The notes beneath the pieces are model-generated. The model saw nothing but the letters and a program-made list of their open reading frames with translations. It was not told where the DNA came from and made no database searches. 64,000 nt of DNA from Felis catus (taxonomy: Eukaryota): assembly GCF_018350175.1 (NCBI RefSeq), contig NC_058369.1:5148001-5212000 (forward strand), given 5' to 3'. The translations under genes and the position numbers were made by a program. Shown here piece after piece: positions 23,917 through 44,037 of the stretch (positions are counted from its first letter, which is position 1; each line of letters starts with the position of its first letter).

Positions 23917-25567
23917 GTATAGAGGACCTGCTTTTCTTTATGTAGCTACTCAATTAATTAACAACCACCTCACTTGATGATCCTGTGAGGTTAGAGACTA
24001 TATTCTTCATTTTGGGGGTGAGAAAATTTAGGCTCAGACCATTGAAGTAACTTCCCCCCAAATACACAGCTATTAAGTAGAAGAGCCAGGATTGGAACTC
24101 CACTCAAGGGTCTACTCTGAGTGCAGCAGTGGGTCAGAGAATAGTTGAGAGCAGTGGCGGGGGGGGGGGTGCTGTGTCCCATGAGCAATAACTTTCAAGG
24201 GGATGCTGGAAACTCCTGGAAACAATTTTGATGGTCACAACTGGTGGTGGCGATGGGCTCCTCTTGTCTAGTGAGGAGAGGCCACAGATGCTGCTAAACA
24301 CCTTACAATGCACAGAACAGCTTCCCTACAACCAAAAATAATCTGGCCCCAGATGTCTTTAGTTCCGAGACAGAGAAACTGTGTGATAGGGTGAGCTCAG
24401 ACTCAAACTTCAGAATTTTTTCTAAATTGTATTTGATTCAAGACCTCAGGGTTACCCTCAACCCCTACCCCATGCCTTACCTACTAAATCAGTCATCATA
24501 GCTTGGGGAATTTACCTGCTAAACATGTCTTGAATCTCTCCATTCTTTCTCATGCTTGGTTCGGGCTTCATCATTAGTTTAGCAGCGTCCTCCCTGGGCC
24601 TGTCCTTCCTCCCTTCTTGTCCCCTCAAATCCATCCTCCCAAACTGCAGCCAGAATTTGCTCACAAGAAGCAAGGGCTCCATCTCCCTGCATCTGGTTGA
24701 GAACTATTGTTCTCCATGCTCGTTTGTAGGGAAGGTGACACCATCAAGCAAGGCATGGAGTGATCCAGCCCTTATCACATCCCCTGGGTTTGGAGTCAGA
24801 GATATTTGAGGTCCTCTCTGATTTTTCTGATACATTTGTAGCAGTAGCTATTGCTGAAAAACAGATCACCCTGAAAGTCAGTGGCTAGAGACAAGCACCA
24901 TATATGTGGTTTGTGTTCTGTGCATTGGAAGTTTAGGTTGGGCTCTGCTGGTCACTTGCTTGCGTCTGTACTGGGCTTGTTCGTGTGTCTGTGGTCAGCT
25001 GTGAGTCAGCTTGCTCATCTCGGCTGGGCTGCCTCATGTGTCGGGGGCTCCTATGGGATGATCCATCTCTCTTCCACCTTGTCTCTCATTCTTCATTAGG
25101 TGAGTCTAGGGCTTGTTCATGTGGCAGAAGCAAGGGGCTTAAAGAATGAGCAGAAGCAAGTAAGTCTCTAGAAATCTAAGACTTGGAACTGGCACGACAT
25201 CATTTCTGCTGTGTTCTTTTGGCCAGTGAAAGTCATAGGCCAGATTCAAGCTGGATTCGAGGTGTGGGGAAACAAGCTCCCATTATAGAGGAGGAGTGGC
25301 AAAGTCACACTGCACCGCACCATCTGCATCCCATGGTGTGGGTGCAGGGAGGAGTAAAGGAGCACAGCCATTCTATGTTCATCTGTCTTGGAGCTATTCA
25401 CCACCCTCCACTTACATATTTTGGGTCAGAATTTATTCTCGTGGCCAAGCCTAAGTGTAAGGGAGATGAGGAGTAAGGGGAGAACATGCACAATGAGTCT
25501 CTGTTTGCAGTCTCCTATTCTCATTTCTTCATCTGCTTTGTCTTGGGTTTTCATTTCCACTGACCAG

Positions 25568-25714
25568 ACGTGGATGAATGTGCCGACCCCGCAACTTGCC
25601 CGGAGCACGCAACTTGTCACAACAGTCCTGGAAGCTACTCTTGTGTCTGCAACCTAGGATTTGAGTCCAGCAGTGGAAACATGAGCTTGCAGGGCCCAGG
25701 AGACACATGTGAAG
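25568..25714 (+). CDS. ADGRE1: EGF4 exon, copy 2
   Basis: Intact AG/GT; same peptide as copy 1. Confidence 0.92.
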
Positions 25715-27203
25715 GTCGGTGGGAAGGGTTTGTTGGGGAACCAGGTCCAAGTCTGCATGCAAAGACAGCATTGGTGGGTGATGGGTCAGGATGAGTGGGG
25801 GCTGAGCTGAAGGACCTCATCTGCTAAGCTGATGCCAAAAATTGCTCATCCATTCACTCATGCACTCATTCAACAAATACTTCCTGAGCACCTACTATAT
25901 GCCAGGCACTCTTCTAGAGCTGGTGGATACAGCACCAAATCACATAGGCAAAACGATTTGTTCTCCTGGAACTCATCATCTAGGGTTAAGGGAGATAGGT
26001 AGCAAAGTAAACACATGGCCATATGTGTGCCAGGAGTGGCTGAAAGAAATAAAGATAAATAAGGCAGGAAAGGTGCATAGGCACCACTGGGAGTTGGGGG
26101 TCAACTTTAGTAGAGTGAGTGGTAAGGAAAGGCCACACTGAAAAGTTGATACTTGAGAAAAGATGTGAAGGATATGAGGGAGTGAGATATTGGGTATCTG
26201 GGGAAGGGTGTTCCAGGAGGAGGGAACCGCAGATACAAAGGGCTGGAGGCAGGATCCCAGCCAAGGTGCTAAGCTCTTCCGGACATGTACTCATTGTCTG
26301 CCCAACAACCTGATGGTATTAGTGGTGTTTTATGCCCATTTCATAGATGAGGAACCTGAGCCTCCATCGTGGTGAAACAACTCTTCCACGGTCAAACAGC
26401 TAGGAAGTAGGGGAGTCAGGATCTGAACTGGCCATCATTGACTTGAGTTCAAATTTCCAGATTCTGACTCAAGGCCACCTGGGAAACTGTCATCTAAGAA
26501 GTCCAGAACCAGACTGAACCTGATTTTAAATCCTGGTGTGCCTTTCACAGGCTGTGTGACTCTGCACAATTGTGATGCCTCAGTTTCCTCATCAGAAAAA
26601 TAGAAGCAATGTTAGTGTGCACTTCACAGGGCTGCCGTGAGCATTCCTCGAGCAGGTGCATGTAAGGGATGTTCCTCAGTGTCTGTCACAAAAATCTCAA
26701 CATATTAGCAGTTAATTGTTTATTTTAGCTAACAAGTACTTACCTCATACTTGTTATTCTCCAGATTCTTCTTTGAGTCCTTCATAGATGACACCTTATT
26801 CAATGCTCCAAACAACCCTACGGGGGAAGTAGTATTATTATCCCTGTCTGACAGATGAGGGCACTGAGACACACAGAGGTGAACTATCTTGCCCAGTGCA
26901 TTGTCAGCTCAGGGCCACCAGAACAAAACACTGCAGACAGGGTGGTTTCAACATTGAGATCTATTTCCCTCCATTGAGGAGGCTGGAAGTCTGAGACCAC
27001 AGCTGGGGTCTGGAGAGGGCTGTCCTCCTTGCTTCCAGATGACTGCCTTCATTCTGGGGTCATGGACAGTGAGTTCTGATTTCTCTCCCTCTTTTTATGG
27101 GTACTAATCCCATATTTTTAAAAGTTTATTTAGTTGTTTTTGAGAGAAAGAGAGAGAGAGAGCTCACAGTAGGAGCAGAGGGGGAGAGAGAGAGGAAGAG
27201 AGT

Positions 27204-27206
<3 letters not shown>

Positions 27207-27297
<91 letters not shown>
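27207..27297. repeat. (TA)n(GA)n microsatellite inside a SINE, unit 2
   Basis: Direct reading; TA block absent in units 1 and 3. Confidence 0.95.
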
Positions 27298-27301
<4 letters not shown>

Positions 27302-28304
27302 CCCAAGCAGGCTCCGCACTGACTATACAGAGCCAGATGCAGGGCTCGAACTCACCAGCTGTGAGATCATGACCTGAACAGAAACCAAGAGTTGTATGCT
27401 CAATTGACTGAGCCACCCAGATGCTCCAGGCCACGAATCCCATCTTGAGACCTCATCAACCTAACCATCTTATGAACGCCTTTTGTCCAGATACCGTCTC
27501 ACCATGTGGGGGATGTAATGTATCAATCTGGGGGCACATATTTCAGTCCACAGCACCCAGTAACACAGTCTACAGGGACAGAGCCAAGCTTTGAGCCCAG
27601 GCTGTCCATGCTTTGCACCCTTCCACTTGGATGCCTCTCAGTCATTATTATTATTACTGATAACATAGTATTTCTTTTTTTTTTTTCAACGTTTATTTAT
27701 TTTTGGGGCAGAGAGAGACAGAGCATGAACGGGGGAGGAGCAGAGAGAGAGGGAGACACAGAATCGGAAACAACTCCAGGCTCCGAGCCATCAGCCCAGA
27801 GCCTGACGCGGGGCTCAAACTCACGGACCGCGAGATCGTGACCTGGCTGAAGTCAGACGCTTAACCGACTGTGCCACCCAGGCGCCCCAACATAGTATTT
27901 CTTAGGGGGAGGAATTGAGATTTATCAAGGAACGGGGGCCAGGGAGTTCAAGGCTGAGGGAGCAAACAGTGAGCCTTCCTGGACCTACAGGTAATCAGTG
28001 AATCTGGATCAGGACTTACTAAGGGATTAGCAAGGAAAGATGAGGTAGGTGAGCTTAGGTGGGTCCAAACTCTCAGAGTCTCATGTGTTCTAAAGAGGAG
28101 TTTGGATTTTATCCCGAAGTGTGGAGAGCCTCATCAAAAGATTTGTGTGGGTCACATCCTGGCTCTTTGCACTTCCTTTCAGCAGTGTTTAAGAGGGTGT
28201 GAGCAGAGCCAGGGAGACCCGCTGGCTTCAGTCAGGATGGGGCTGTGCACTGCCATGGCCTCAGCATCCTTTATCCATTTGACTCAGCCTAGTTTTCTGC
28301 TTAG

Positions 28305-28454
28305 ATGTGGACGAATGTGCCAGGAACTCAACTCTTTGTGGCCTCAACTCAGTGTGTACCAACACCCCGGGGGAATACCACTGCTCCTGCCTGCCTGGGT
28401 TCTTTTCACCTGTTGATTGGACCCCTGAGAAACCAGAGGATTTCAGATGTACAG
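28305..28454 (+). CDS. ADGRE1: EGF5 exon, copy 2
   Basis: Intact AG/GT; CGLNSVC instead of CGLSSVC. Confidence 0.9.
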
Positions 28455-28700
28455 GTAATGCTCCCAGCCATGCTGAGGACTTTTAATGGATGTCAACGTA
28501 CCCTGAAGAGAGTGGCTTACAAACAACCCTTTCTGCTTGCTCATGATCCTGTGGGTTGACTGCATGGTTTTTGAAGGTGGGTGTGGGCACTAAGGCGGCA
28601 CGAGGTCTAAAATGGCCTCACTTATATGGCTTGTACTTGATGCTTGGCTCTGGGTGGGAGCTCAGATAGGCCCTTCAGTTTTCCTCATGGACCTGTCCAC

Positions 28701-28797
28701 ACCAAAATTTTGGATGGTTACTACTGCACTTGCAATCGAGGCTTTCTGGCCAACAATGGACCGATGCAGTTCAGGAACCCAGGAGTGACATGAAAAG
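28701..28797 (+). pseudogene. 5'-truncated EGF1 pseudo-exon, spacer 2
   Basis: Same lesions as 8703-8799 (TGA at 28791, TT donor). Confidence 0.9.
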
Positions 28798-29874
28798 TTG
28801 AGTACGCACCCCTCAAAACCCTCCGCCATTTTGTAGGATAATCAGGTGGAAGCTGGCTGGGCAGTGGATGTAGGTACTTTTTTTTGTCCCAAACGCTATT
28901 TTCTCTCCCTCTCCTTCCCTGCCCTCTTTTCATTCTTTTTCCATAGTGACAATGATTCCTGTTCACTCAAAATTCTAACTATTTGGAGCTGACATTAAGA
29001 TGAAAATAGAAGTGAAAATCAATATCCAGAGATAAACCACTGATTTCATTTTGGGAAATCTTTTGGTTGTCTCTCCATGAAGGAAACAAGAACTTTTAAC
29101 ATTCGCTGAGCACCAGGCCCCCAATGAAGGGATTTATGTGCATTTTTACATTAAATTGAGTGTAGGCATCCTGATGATCTCCACTGTACAGATGAGGACA
29201 CTGAGGCTTGGAGTGCTGGGATGACCTGTTCACGGCTGTGTGGTTGGACTGGCCTCCAAACCCAGTCTTTCCAACTCTCACAGCAGTTTCTGAACCAAGT
29301 CAACTCTTTGCCACACTCTAGTCGTGCGGTGTTGGGGAAACATATTTACCCTCTCTAGGCCTCAATGTTTCCATCTGCAGAATGAGCCTATACGAGTACC
29401 GACCTCCAAAGATAATTGAGAAAATTAAGTGCAATGAAGTACGTAGTGTGCTAGGCACATGGATGCTCCCCCCAGAGCTACTACTTACTTAAGTAATGTA
29501 AATTGAAATAATCCCCAGAATGAGTGACATTCTTTGTCTGTATTTCTGTGTGTTTATATCCCAATTCTCCCCTTGACAGTCAAGATCTGATTGTACCTCT
29601 GCCTAAGACCAGGGATCATTGAACTTCTTAATGCAAAGGGCCAAATAGTAAATATTTTGGAGGTTGCAAGCTGTGTGATCTCTGTCAGGACCACTCCATA
29701 CTCCAGTTGTAGTGCGAAAGCAGCCAAAGATGATACACAAATGATTGGATGTGTTTGTTCCAATAAAACTTTATTTATACCAACACGTGGTGGGCTGGAT
29801 TTGGCCCATGAGCTCTAGTTCACTGTGTTCTGAATAAGGTTATTCATTTCTATTGTCATGGCATCCAGGGAGCC

Positions 29875-31223
29875 ACTAATTTGCTTCATCTTGTGTAGCA
29901 GATTGTATTTCCAGAGATGGTGGAAACAACATCTTCCATGCTATATACCCTTCATTTTATGAATTTGTACTCCTTCCAGCAAGCAGTGGTACCTATGTTC
30001 CCTTCTCTAGAATCTGAGCCTGCTGGGACTCTGGGAGTGGTACTAGGTCATAAAGATACCATGCACCCCCTCCCTGTTCTCTTGAGATGCTCATTCTTGG
30101 CGCTTAGCTGCCATATGTGAGGAAGCCCAACCAGCCATGAAAAAGAAGCTGACCTGGAGAAGAACCAAGACCTCCAGCCCACAGCCCTGGTGGAGCAGCC
30201 AGCCCACGGCCAGCAGCAGATGCCAGCCTTGTGCGTATGCTGCCTTTAAAGTGGATCCTCTAGCCCCCACTTAAGCCAACTCAGCTGAGACTGCACGGAA
30301 CACAGACCAGCCATACTCACTGAACTCAACTCAAATGGCAGCTACATTTATGAACAAAATAAATGACTGTCATTGATTTTGACACATTCACTTTTGATGT
30401 CTAAGTTTGATGTAGTGAAGTATCTCCCCAGGACTAGATAATGAAGAATTACTTGCAAAGGAGTTGAGGGACCCATAAAATTGAGTTGTCGTGGTAGCAT
30501 GGGGAGGCCCAGCTCAAGTCTCCTCCAGCCCTGGTCACGTCGCCTAAACACTTGCTATGTCCTTGTCATGCAAACACAACCTCAACGCACGTCTCTTACA
30601 GCTCCTCCCAGAAAACTGTACTTCTAGACAGAAATCTGGAGCTGCTCCTGGACATCAAGATCAGGTCACAGGAATGTTCACCCCACGTTTGTTTGAGGGA
30701 GTAAAACATTAGAAACAACTGATAACTGGTGATGAAAACTGTAGTTGACATAAAGAATAAAGTAATGTGCTCCTTCATTCAACAAATATCTATCGAATAC
30801 TCACAATGTCTTAGGCACCAAACCGGAGACAAAGGCATAAAGGGGATGAAATCCTTGCTGTAGTATCCACTATTCTCTAGATGGGGAATGTTGATTTCAA
30901 CCCAAAATGAAAAACCTGGGTCTATCAGGATTACTGTAGCTTGCCAAATGACCCATGAGCTGTAACTCAAAGATAAAGAAGGATTTGAGGGCTCCCTGGA
31001 TACCATAACAATAGAAATGAATAACCTTATTCAGCACCCAGTGAACTGGAGCTCATGGGCCAAATCCAGCCCACCACGTGTTGGTATAAATAAAGTTTTA
31101 TTGGAACAAACACATTCATTCATTTGTGTATCATCTTTGGCTGCGTTCGCACTACAACTGGAGTATGGAGTGGTCATGACAGAGATCACACAGCTTGCAA
31201 CCTCCAAAATATTTACTATTTGG
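29875..31223 (-). repeat. Second inverted copy of 1958-3307
   Basis: Same sequence and junctions as 9874-11222. Confidence 0.95.
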
Positions 31224-34200
31224 AGTCGTTTCTGCTTCCATACAAATTTTAGAATAGTTTGTTCTAGCTCTGGAAGAATACTCATGTTATTTTGACAGGG
31301 ATTGCATTGCATGTGTAGATTGCTTTGGATAGCATCAACATTTTAATAATATCTGTTCTTCCTATCCTTGGGCATGGAATGCTTTTCCGTTTCTTTGTGT
31401 CTTCTTCATTTTCTTTCATATGCTGTCTATACTCTTCAACGTACAGATCTTTTAGCTATTTGGTTACGTTTATTCCTAGGTATCTTATGATTTTTGGTGC
31501 AATTGCAAATGGGATTGATTCATCGATTTCTCTTTCTTCTGCTTCATTATTGGTGTATTGAAATGCTAATGATTTCTGTATGCTGATCTCATCTTTTGTG
31601 AATTTGCTGAGTTCCTGTATCAGCTCTAGCAGTTTTTTGGTGGTGCCTTTTGGGTTTTCCACATAGAGTATCATGTCATGTGTGAAGAATGAAAGTTTGA
31701 CTTCCTACTTGCCAATTCGTATGCTTTTGATTTCTTTGTACTGTCTGATTGCTGAGGCTAGGATTTCCAGTGCTATGTTTAACAACAATGGTGAGAGTGG
31801 ACATCCCTCTCCTGACCTTAGGCAGAAAGCTCTCAGTTTTTCCCCATTGAAAATGAGGGAAATGAGCCGTGGGTCATTTGTATATAGCCTTTATGGTGTT
31901 GAGGTATGTTCCTTCTATCCTGACTTTCTGGAGGGTTTTTATCAAAAAAGGATGCTGTATTTTCTCAAATGCTTTGTCTGCATCTGTTGAGAAGATCATG
32001 TGGCTCTTATCCTTTCTTTTATTAACGTGATGTATCAAGTTGAATGATTTTCAGATATTGAACCAGCCCTGCAGCCCAGGGTAAATCCTACTTTATCGCA
32101 GTATATAATTCTTTTAATGTATTATTGGATTTGATCTGCCAGTATCTTGTTGAGAATGTTTACATCCATGTTCATCAGGGGAACTGGTCTGTAATTCTCT
32201 TTTTCAGTAGGTCTTTACCTGGTTTGGGAATCAAGGAAATGCCAGTCTCCTAGAATGAGTTTGGAAGTTTTCTTCCATTTCTATTTTTTTGAATAGCTTC
32301 AAAAGAATAGATTTGACTCTTCTTTAAATGTTTGATAGAATTCTCCTGGGAAGCCATCTGGCCCTGGAACCTTGTTTATTGGGGGAGTTTTGATTACTGA
32401 TTCAGTTTCTTTACTGACTATGGGTCTGTTCAAATTTTCTGTTTCCTCCTGTTTCAGTTTTGGTAGTTTATATGTTTCTAGGAATGTATCCATTTCTTCT
32501 AGGTTGCCCAATTTGTTGGCACACACTATCTCATAATATTCTCTTATTATGGTTTGTATTTCTGCGGTGTTGGTTGTGGTCTCTCTTCTTTCCTTTGCGA
32601 TTTTATTTATTTGGGTCCTTTCCTTTTTCTTTTTGATGAGTCTGGCTAGGGTTTTATCAGTTTTGTTAACTGTTTCAAAAAACCAGCTCCTAGTTTCATT
32701 AATCTGTTCTACTGGCTTTTTCAATTTCAATATAATTGATTTCTGCTCTAATCTTTATTATTTTCCTTCTTCTGCTGGTTTGGGGCTTTATTTACTGTTC
32801 TTTTTCTAGCCCCCTTAGGTGTGAGATTAGGTTGTGTATTTGAGACCTTTCTTTCTTCTTTAGGAAGGCCTGGATTGCTATATACTTCTGTCTTATGACC
32901 ACCTTTACTGCACCCCAGACATTTTAGACTGTTGTGTTTTCATTTGCATTGGTTTCCGTATACTTTTTAATTTCTTTTTTAATTTCTTTGTTAACCCATT
33001 CATTCTTTAATAGGATGTTCTTTAACCTCCAAGTATTTGTAGTTTTTCCACATTTTTTTCTTATGGTTGATTTCAGGTTTCATAGCATTGTGGTCTGAAA
33101 CTACACATGGTATGATCTCGATCTCTTCATACTTGTAGATGGCTGATTTGTGATCCATTCTGGAGAATGTACCATGTACACTTGAGAAGAATGTATATTC
33201 TACCTTTAGGATAAAATGTTCTAAATACGTCTGTTAAGTCCATCTGGTCCAGCGTGTCATTCAAAGCCATTGTTTCCTTGCTAATTTTCTGCTTAGATGA
33301 TGTGTCCATTGCCATAAATGGGGTGTTAAAGTCCCCTACTATTATGGTATTATTATCAATGAGTTTCTTTATATGTGTGATTAATTGATTTACGTGTCTG
33401 GCTGCTGTCAAGTTGGGGGCATAAATATTCACAATTGTTAGATCTTATTGGTGGATAGACCCCTTCATTATGATATAATGCCCTTCTTCATCTCTTGTTA
33501 CAGTCTTTATTTTAAAATCTAGTTTGTATGATGTAAGTATGGCTACTCCAGCTTTCTTTTGACATCTATCAGCTTGATAGATGGTTACCCATCCGCTCAC
33601 TTTCAATCTGCACGTGCTCTTGGGTCTAAAATAAATCTCTTGTAGGCAGCATATAGGTGGATGTTGTTTTTCTTATCCATTCTGATACTGTCTTTTCATT
33701 GGAGCATTTAGACCATTACGTTCAGAGGGATTATTGAAAGATATGAATTTAGTGCCATTGTGTTGCCTACGGTTGGTGTTTCGGGTGATACTCTCTTTCT
33801 AGTCTTTGTTGCTTTTGGTCTTTTTGTTTTGTTTTTTCTCCCCTCAAAGGGTACCTCTTAAAATTTCTTGCAGGGCTGGCTCAGTGGTCACAAACTCCTT
33901 TAGTTTATGGTTGTCTGGGAAAGTCTTTATCTCTCCTTCTATTATGAATGACAGCCTTGCTGGATAAAGAATTCTTAGCTGCATATTTTTCCCACATTGA
34001 ATATATCCTGCCACTGCTTTCTGGCCTGCCAAATTGTTGTGAACAGATCTGCTGTGAACCTCATCTGTCTTCCCTTGTAGGTTAAGGACTTTTGTACTCT
34101 TGCTAGTTCCATGATTCTTTCCTTGTCTGTGTATTTTGTGAATTTGACTGTGACATGACTTAGTGATGGTTGGGTTTTGTTGAATCTAATGGGAGTTCTC

Positions 34201-34407
34201 TGTGCTTCTTGGACTTTGATGTCTGTGTCCTTCCCCAGATTAGGGAAGTTTTAAGCTATAATTTGCTCACATAAACCTTCTGCCCCTTTTTCCTCTTTCT
34301 TCATCTTCTGGGACTCCTTGTTACAAATGTTATTCCTCTTTAGTAAGTTGCTGAGTTTTCTAAGTCTTGAATTGCAATCTTTTCCCTTTGTTTCCCTTTC
34401 TTTTTTT

Positions 34408-41249
<6,842 letters not shown>

Positions 41250-43651
41250 TGATTCCCTCTTTTTTGTGCTTAATGAATTTCCATAATTTTTTCTTCTGTA
41301 TCCTTGATTCACTGTTCTGCTTCATCCATCCTCACCATCATAGCATCCATTTGAAATTGCATCTCAGTTATAGCATTTTTCATTTTGAACTGACTAGATA
41401 TTATTTTATCTCTGCAGAAAGCGATTCTCTGGGGTCTTCTATGCTTTCTTCAACCCTAGCTAAATCATGGTTTTAAATTCTAACTCAGATTTCTTACTTA
41501 TGTCTGTGTTGATTAAATCCCTGTGTGTCCTTTCTTCTATCTTTTGGGGTGAATATGTCCATCTTGTCATTTTGGAGGAAGAAAGAAAGTACTAAAATAA
41601 AGAATAAAAATTTTCAAATTAAAAACAAAAGAAAAAATCAAATAAAGGAAGCTAGATTCTAAGTGAGTTTTGATCAGCTTGTTGAGAGAATCTTGATAGA
41701 AAAGGAAAAAACAGTTAAATTTTTGTTTAAATTTAAATAATAAAATAGAATAAAGTAGAATAGAATAGAATAAAAAAAATTGCTCTTTCTGTATTCAAGA
41801 AAGACAATGTAAAGAATGATAAAAGAAAATAACATAAAGTAAAACAGAAGCAGGCACAAAAACAGATAAAAAAGGAAACAAAATGAAACCCAAGTGAAGC
41901 TAGATCCGGTTTCCCTTAGAACTGAAACTTTGAAGCACACCGTACTGTGTAGAGTAAGTGGGTGGAAAGGATTTGTACTGGCCTTCTAGGGGATATGCCT
42001 GGAGGGCGCAGGTGGGTAATGGTTCATGTAACAGTTCCATTTTTCACTTGGTGGCCCTGCCTGGCTCACTGGACTGAATCAGTGTGAGTGTGCTAGAGGT
42101 GAAAATGGCTTCACCCTGCTCTCTTGTCTCTGGCGTGGGAATTTTGCACCATCACAGATGTGTGATCAAGCACAACTTCCTTTGTCTCAGGCCTCTGTCC
42201 ACTCCCCACCTCTACCCTGTACATGCCCAAGCTGTCTGCCTGCCAGGTGGCACCTCCCTCCTTATCTCCAATGGGTCTGTTTTTCAAAACCCCACAACTG
42301 AGAGACCCCAGGTCTTGGACCTGTGCTGATTTTATGGGGGAGGGTCTTGCAGAGCAATGGCCAGGTATCAGCTTGTCCCAGAAAATGTTCGCATGATAGT
42401 GAAGTGACAGAGGCTCAGGGTTTATGGTAAATCACAACACACAACTGGCGCCAGGTTTTGCTGCAATCAGCTGTTATCTTTGGCCCAATATCAGTAAACA
42501 TGGCAGCTCTCTGGGACCCGCTGGGACGTTTGCCCATGGGAGGGTGATTGCCACTATGATACGCACTCCAACCAGGGAAACTGGTTCTCCCCATATGGCA
42601 CACGTCCCTCAGACCATGATGCCTTCTCAAAGGGATTGACTTTGCTTCCTCCCTGGAGCACCACCAGGCACTGAGCACTGAAACATCTGGAAGTACTGCA
42701 ACCCTCTGCCTTTTTCCCATCAATGGTTTTGAGGAACAGATTTCTTATCCAGTCCACTGTGAGTGGTTTCATTCTTTCTCACATTCTCTCCAGCTACTTT
42801 CAGGGGGAGTACTTTGTTGCATGACTCTAATGTGCGAAACTCCCCTTTTCTCTTTCTTTCTCTATCCTCTGTCTATAAAATCATCTCCCTACCCTCCACA
42901 CAACCTTGGCTTTTCTCACCCCCAAGGCAGCTCTCCACACCATTTTCCTTTCAGGTTCTCTTGCTCAAATTGTGCAGATTTTCGTGTTAATCGTCAGATC
43001 AATTTCCTAGGCGTTCAAATGGGTTGATGCTGAACTAGCTGTGTTTCAGGGACAAGACAGGCTCAGGGTCCCTATACTACTCCACCATCTGAACTCCACT
43101 CTTGAGAGAGAATCCCAAGCAGACTCCACACCCAGAAAGAGGCCAAGGTGGGGCTTGATCTCACAAATGTGAGATCATGACCAGAGCTGAAATCAAATGA
43201 CGACACTTAACTGACTGAGCCAACAAGGCACCCCTAGAGATCCACATGAAAGAGAGCATACGCACAATGCTGGCAAGCTGCTGTTGGCCATGGCCTGATT
43301 GCTGCACCAGGGATTCAGCCTGGAGGTGTTGGTTCTTCTCCATGTGAACTGCTTTTTCATGGCTGGTTGGACTTCCTCACATATGGCAGCTAAATTCCAA
43401 GAATGTGCATCTCGAGAGACTACAGAAGGGGTGCGAAGTATCTTTATGACATAATGCCACCACTCTCAGAGTCCCAGCATGCTCAGATTCAGGAGAAGGG
43501 AATGTAGACAGCACCGCTTGCTGGAAGGAGTACAAGTTCACATAGAATGAAGGCCATATGGCATGGAAGATGCTGTTTCCGCCATCTTTGAAAATACAAT
43601 CTGCTACACAAGATGAAGCAAATTAGTGACTCCAACTCTTTCTGTGTCCAG

Positions 43652-43807
43652 ATGTAGATGAATGTTCTCAACGCCCCCAACCATGTGGTGCCAACTCAGT
43701 CTGCAAAAACTTGCAGGGGAGATACAAGTGCAGCTGCTTGCCTGGTTTCTCTTCTCCCACTGGAAATGACTGGACCTCGGGAAAGCCGGGTCATTTCTCA
43801 TGCACAG
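43652..43807 (+). CDS. ADGRE1: EGF2 exon, copy 3
   Basis: Intact AG/GT; SQRPQ as in copy 2. Confidence 0.92.
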
Positions 43808-43917
43808 GTAATGCTCTCAGGCATGGGTCTTGGGTGGACAGCGACCACTAGGGGGCAGTGTCTCTCACCTGAGCCACACAGTCTTTGGTCTGCTCACTCT
43901 CCTCCACTGCTCCTCAG

Positions 43918-44037
43918 ACATCGATGAATGCCTCTCCGATGGGGTCTGCCCAGAGCATGCTGAGTGTATCAACTCCTTGGGAAGCTACAGTTGCAGCTGC
44001 CAGGTTGGATTCATCTCTCACAACTCGATCTGTGAAG
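43918..44037 (+). CDS. ADGRE1: EGF3 exon, copy 3
   Basis: Intact AG/GT; matches copy 1 at the diagnostic sites. Confidence 0.92.
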
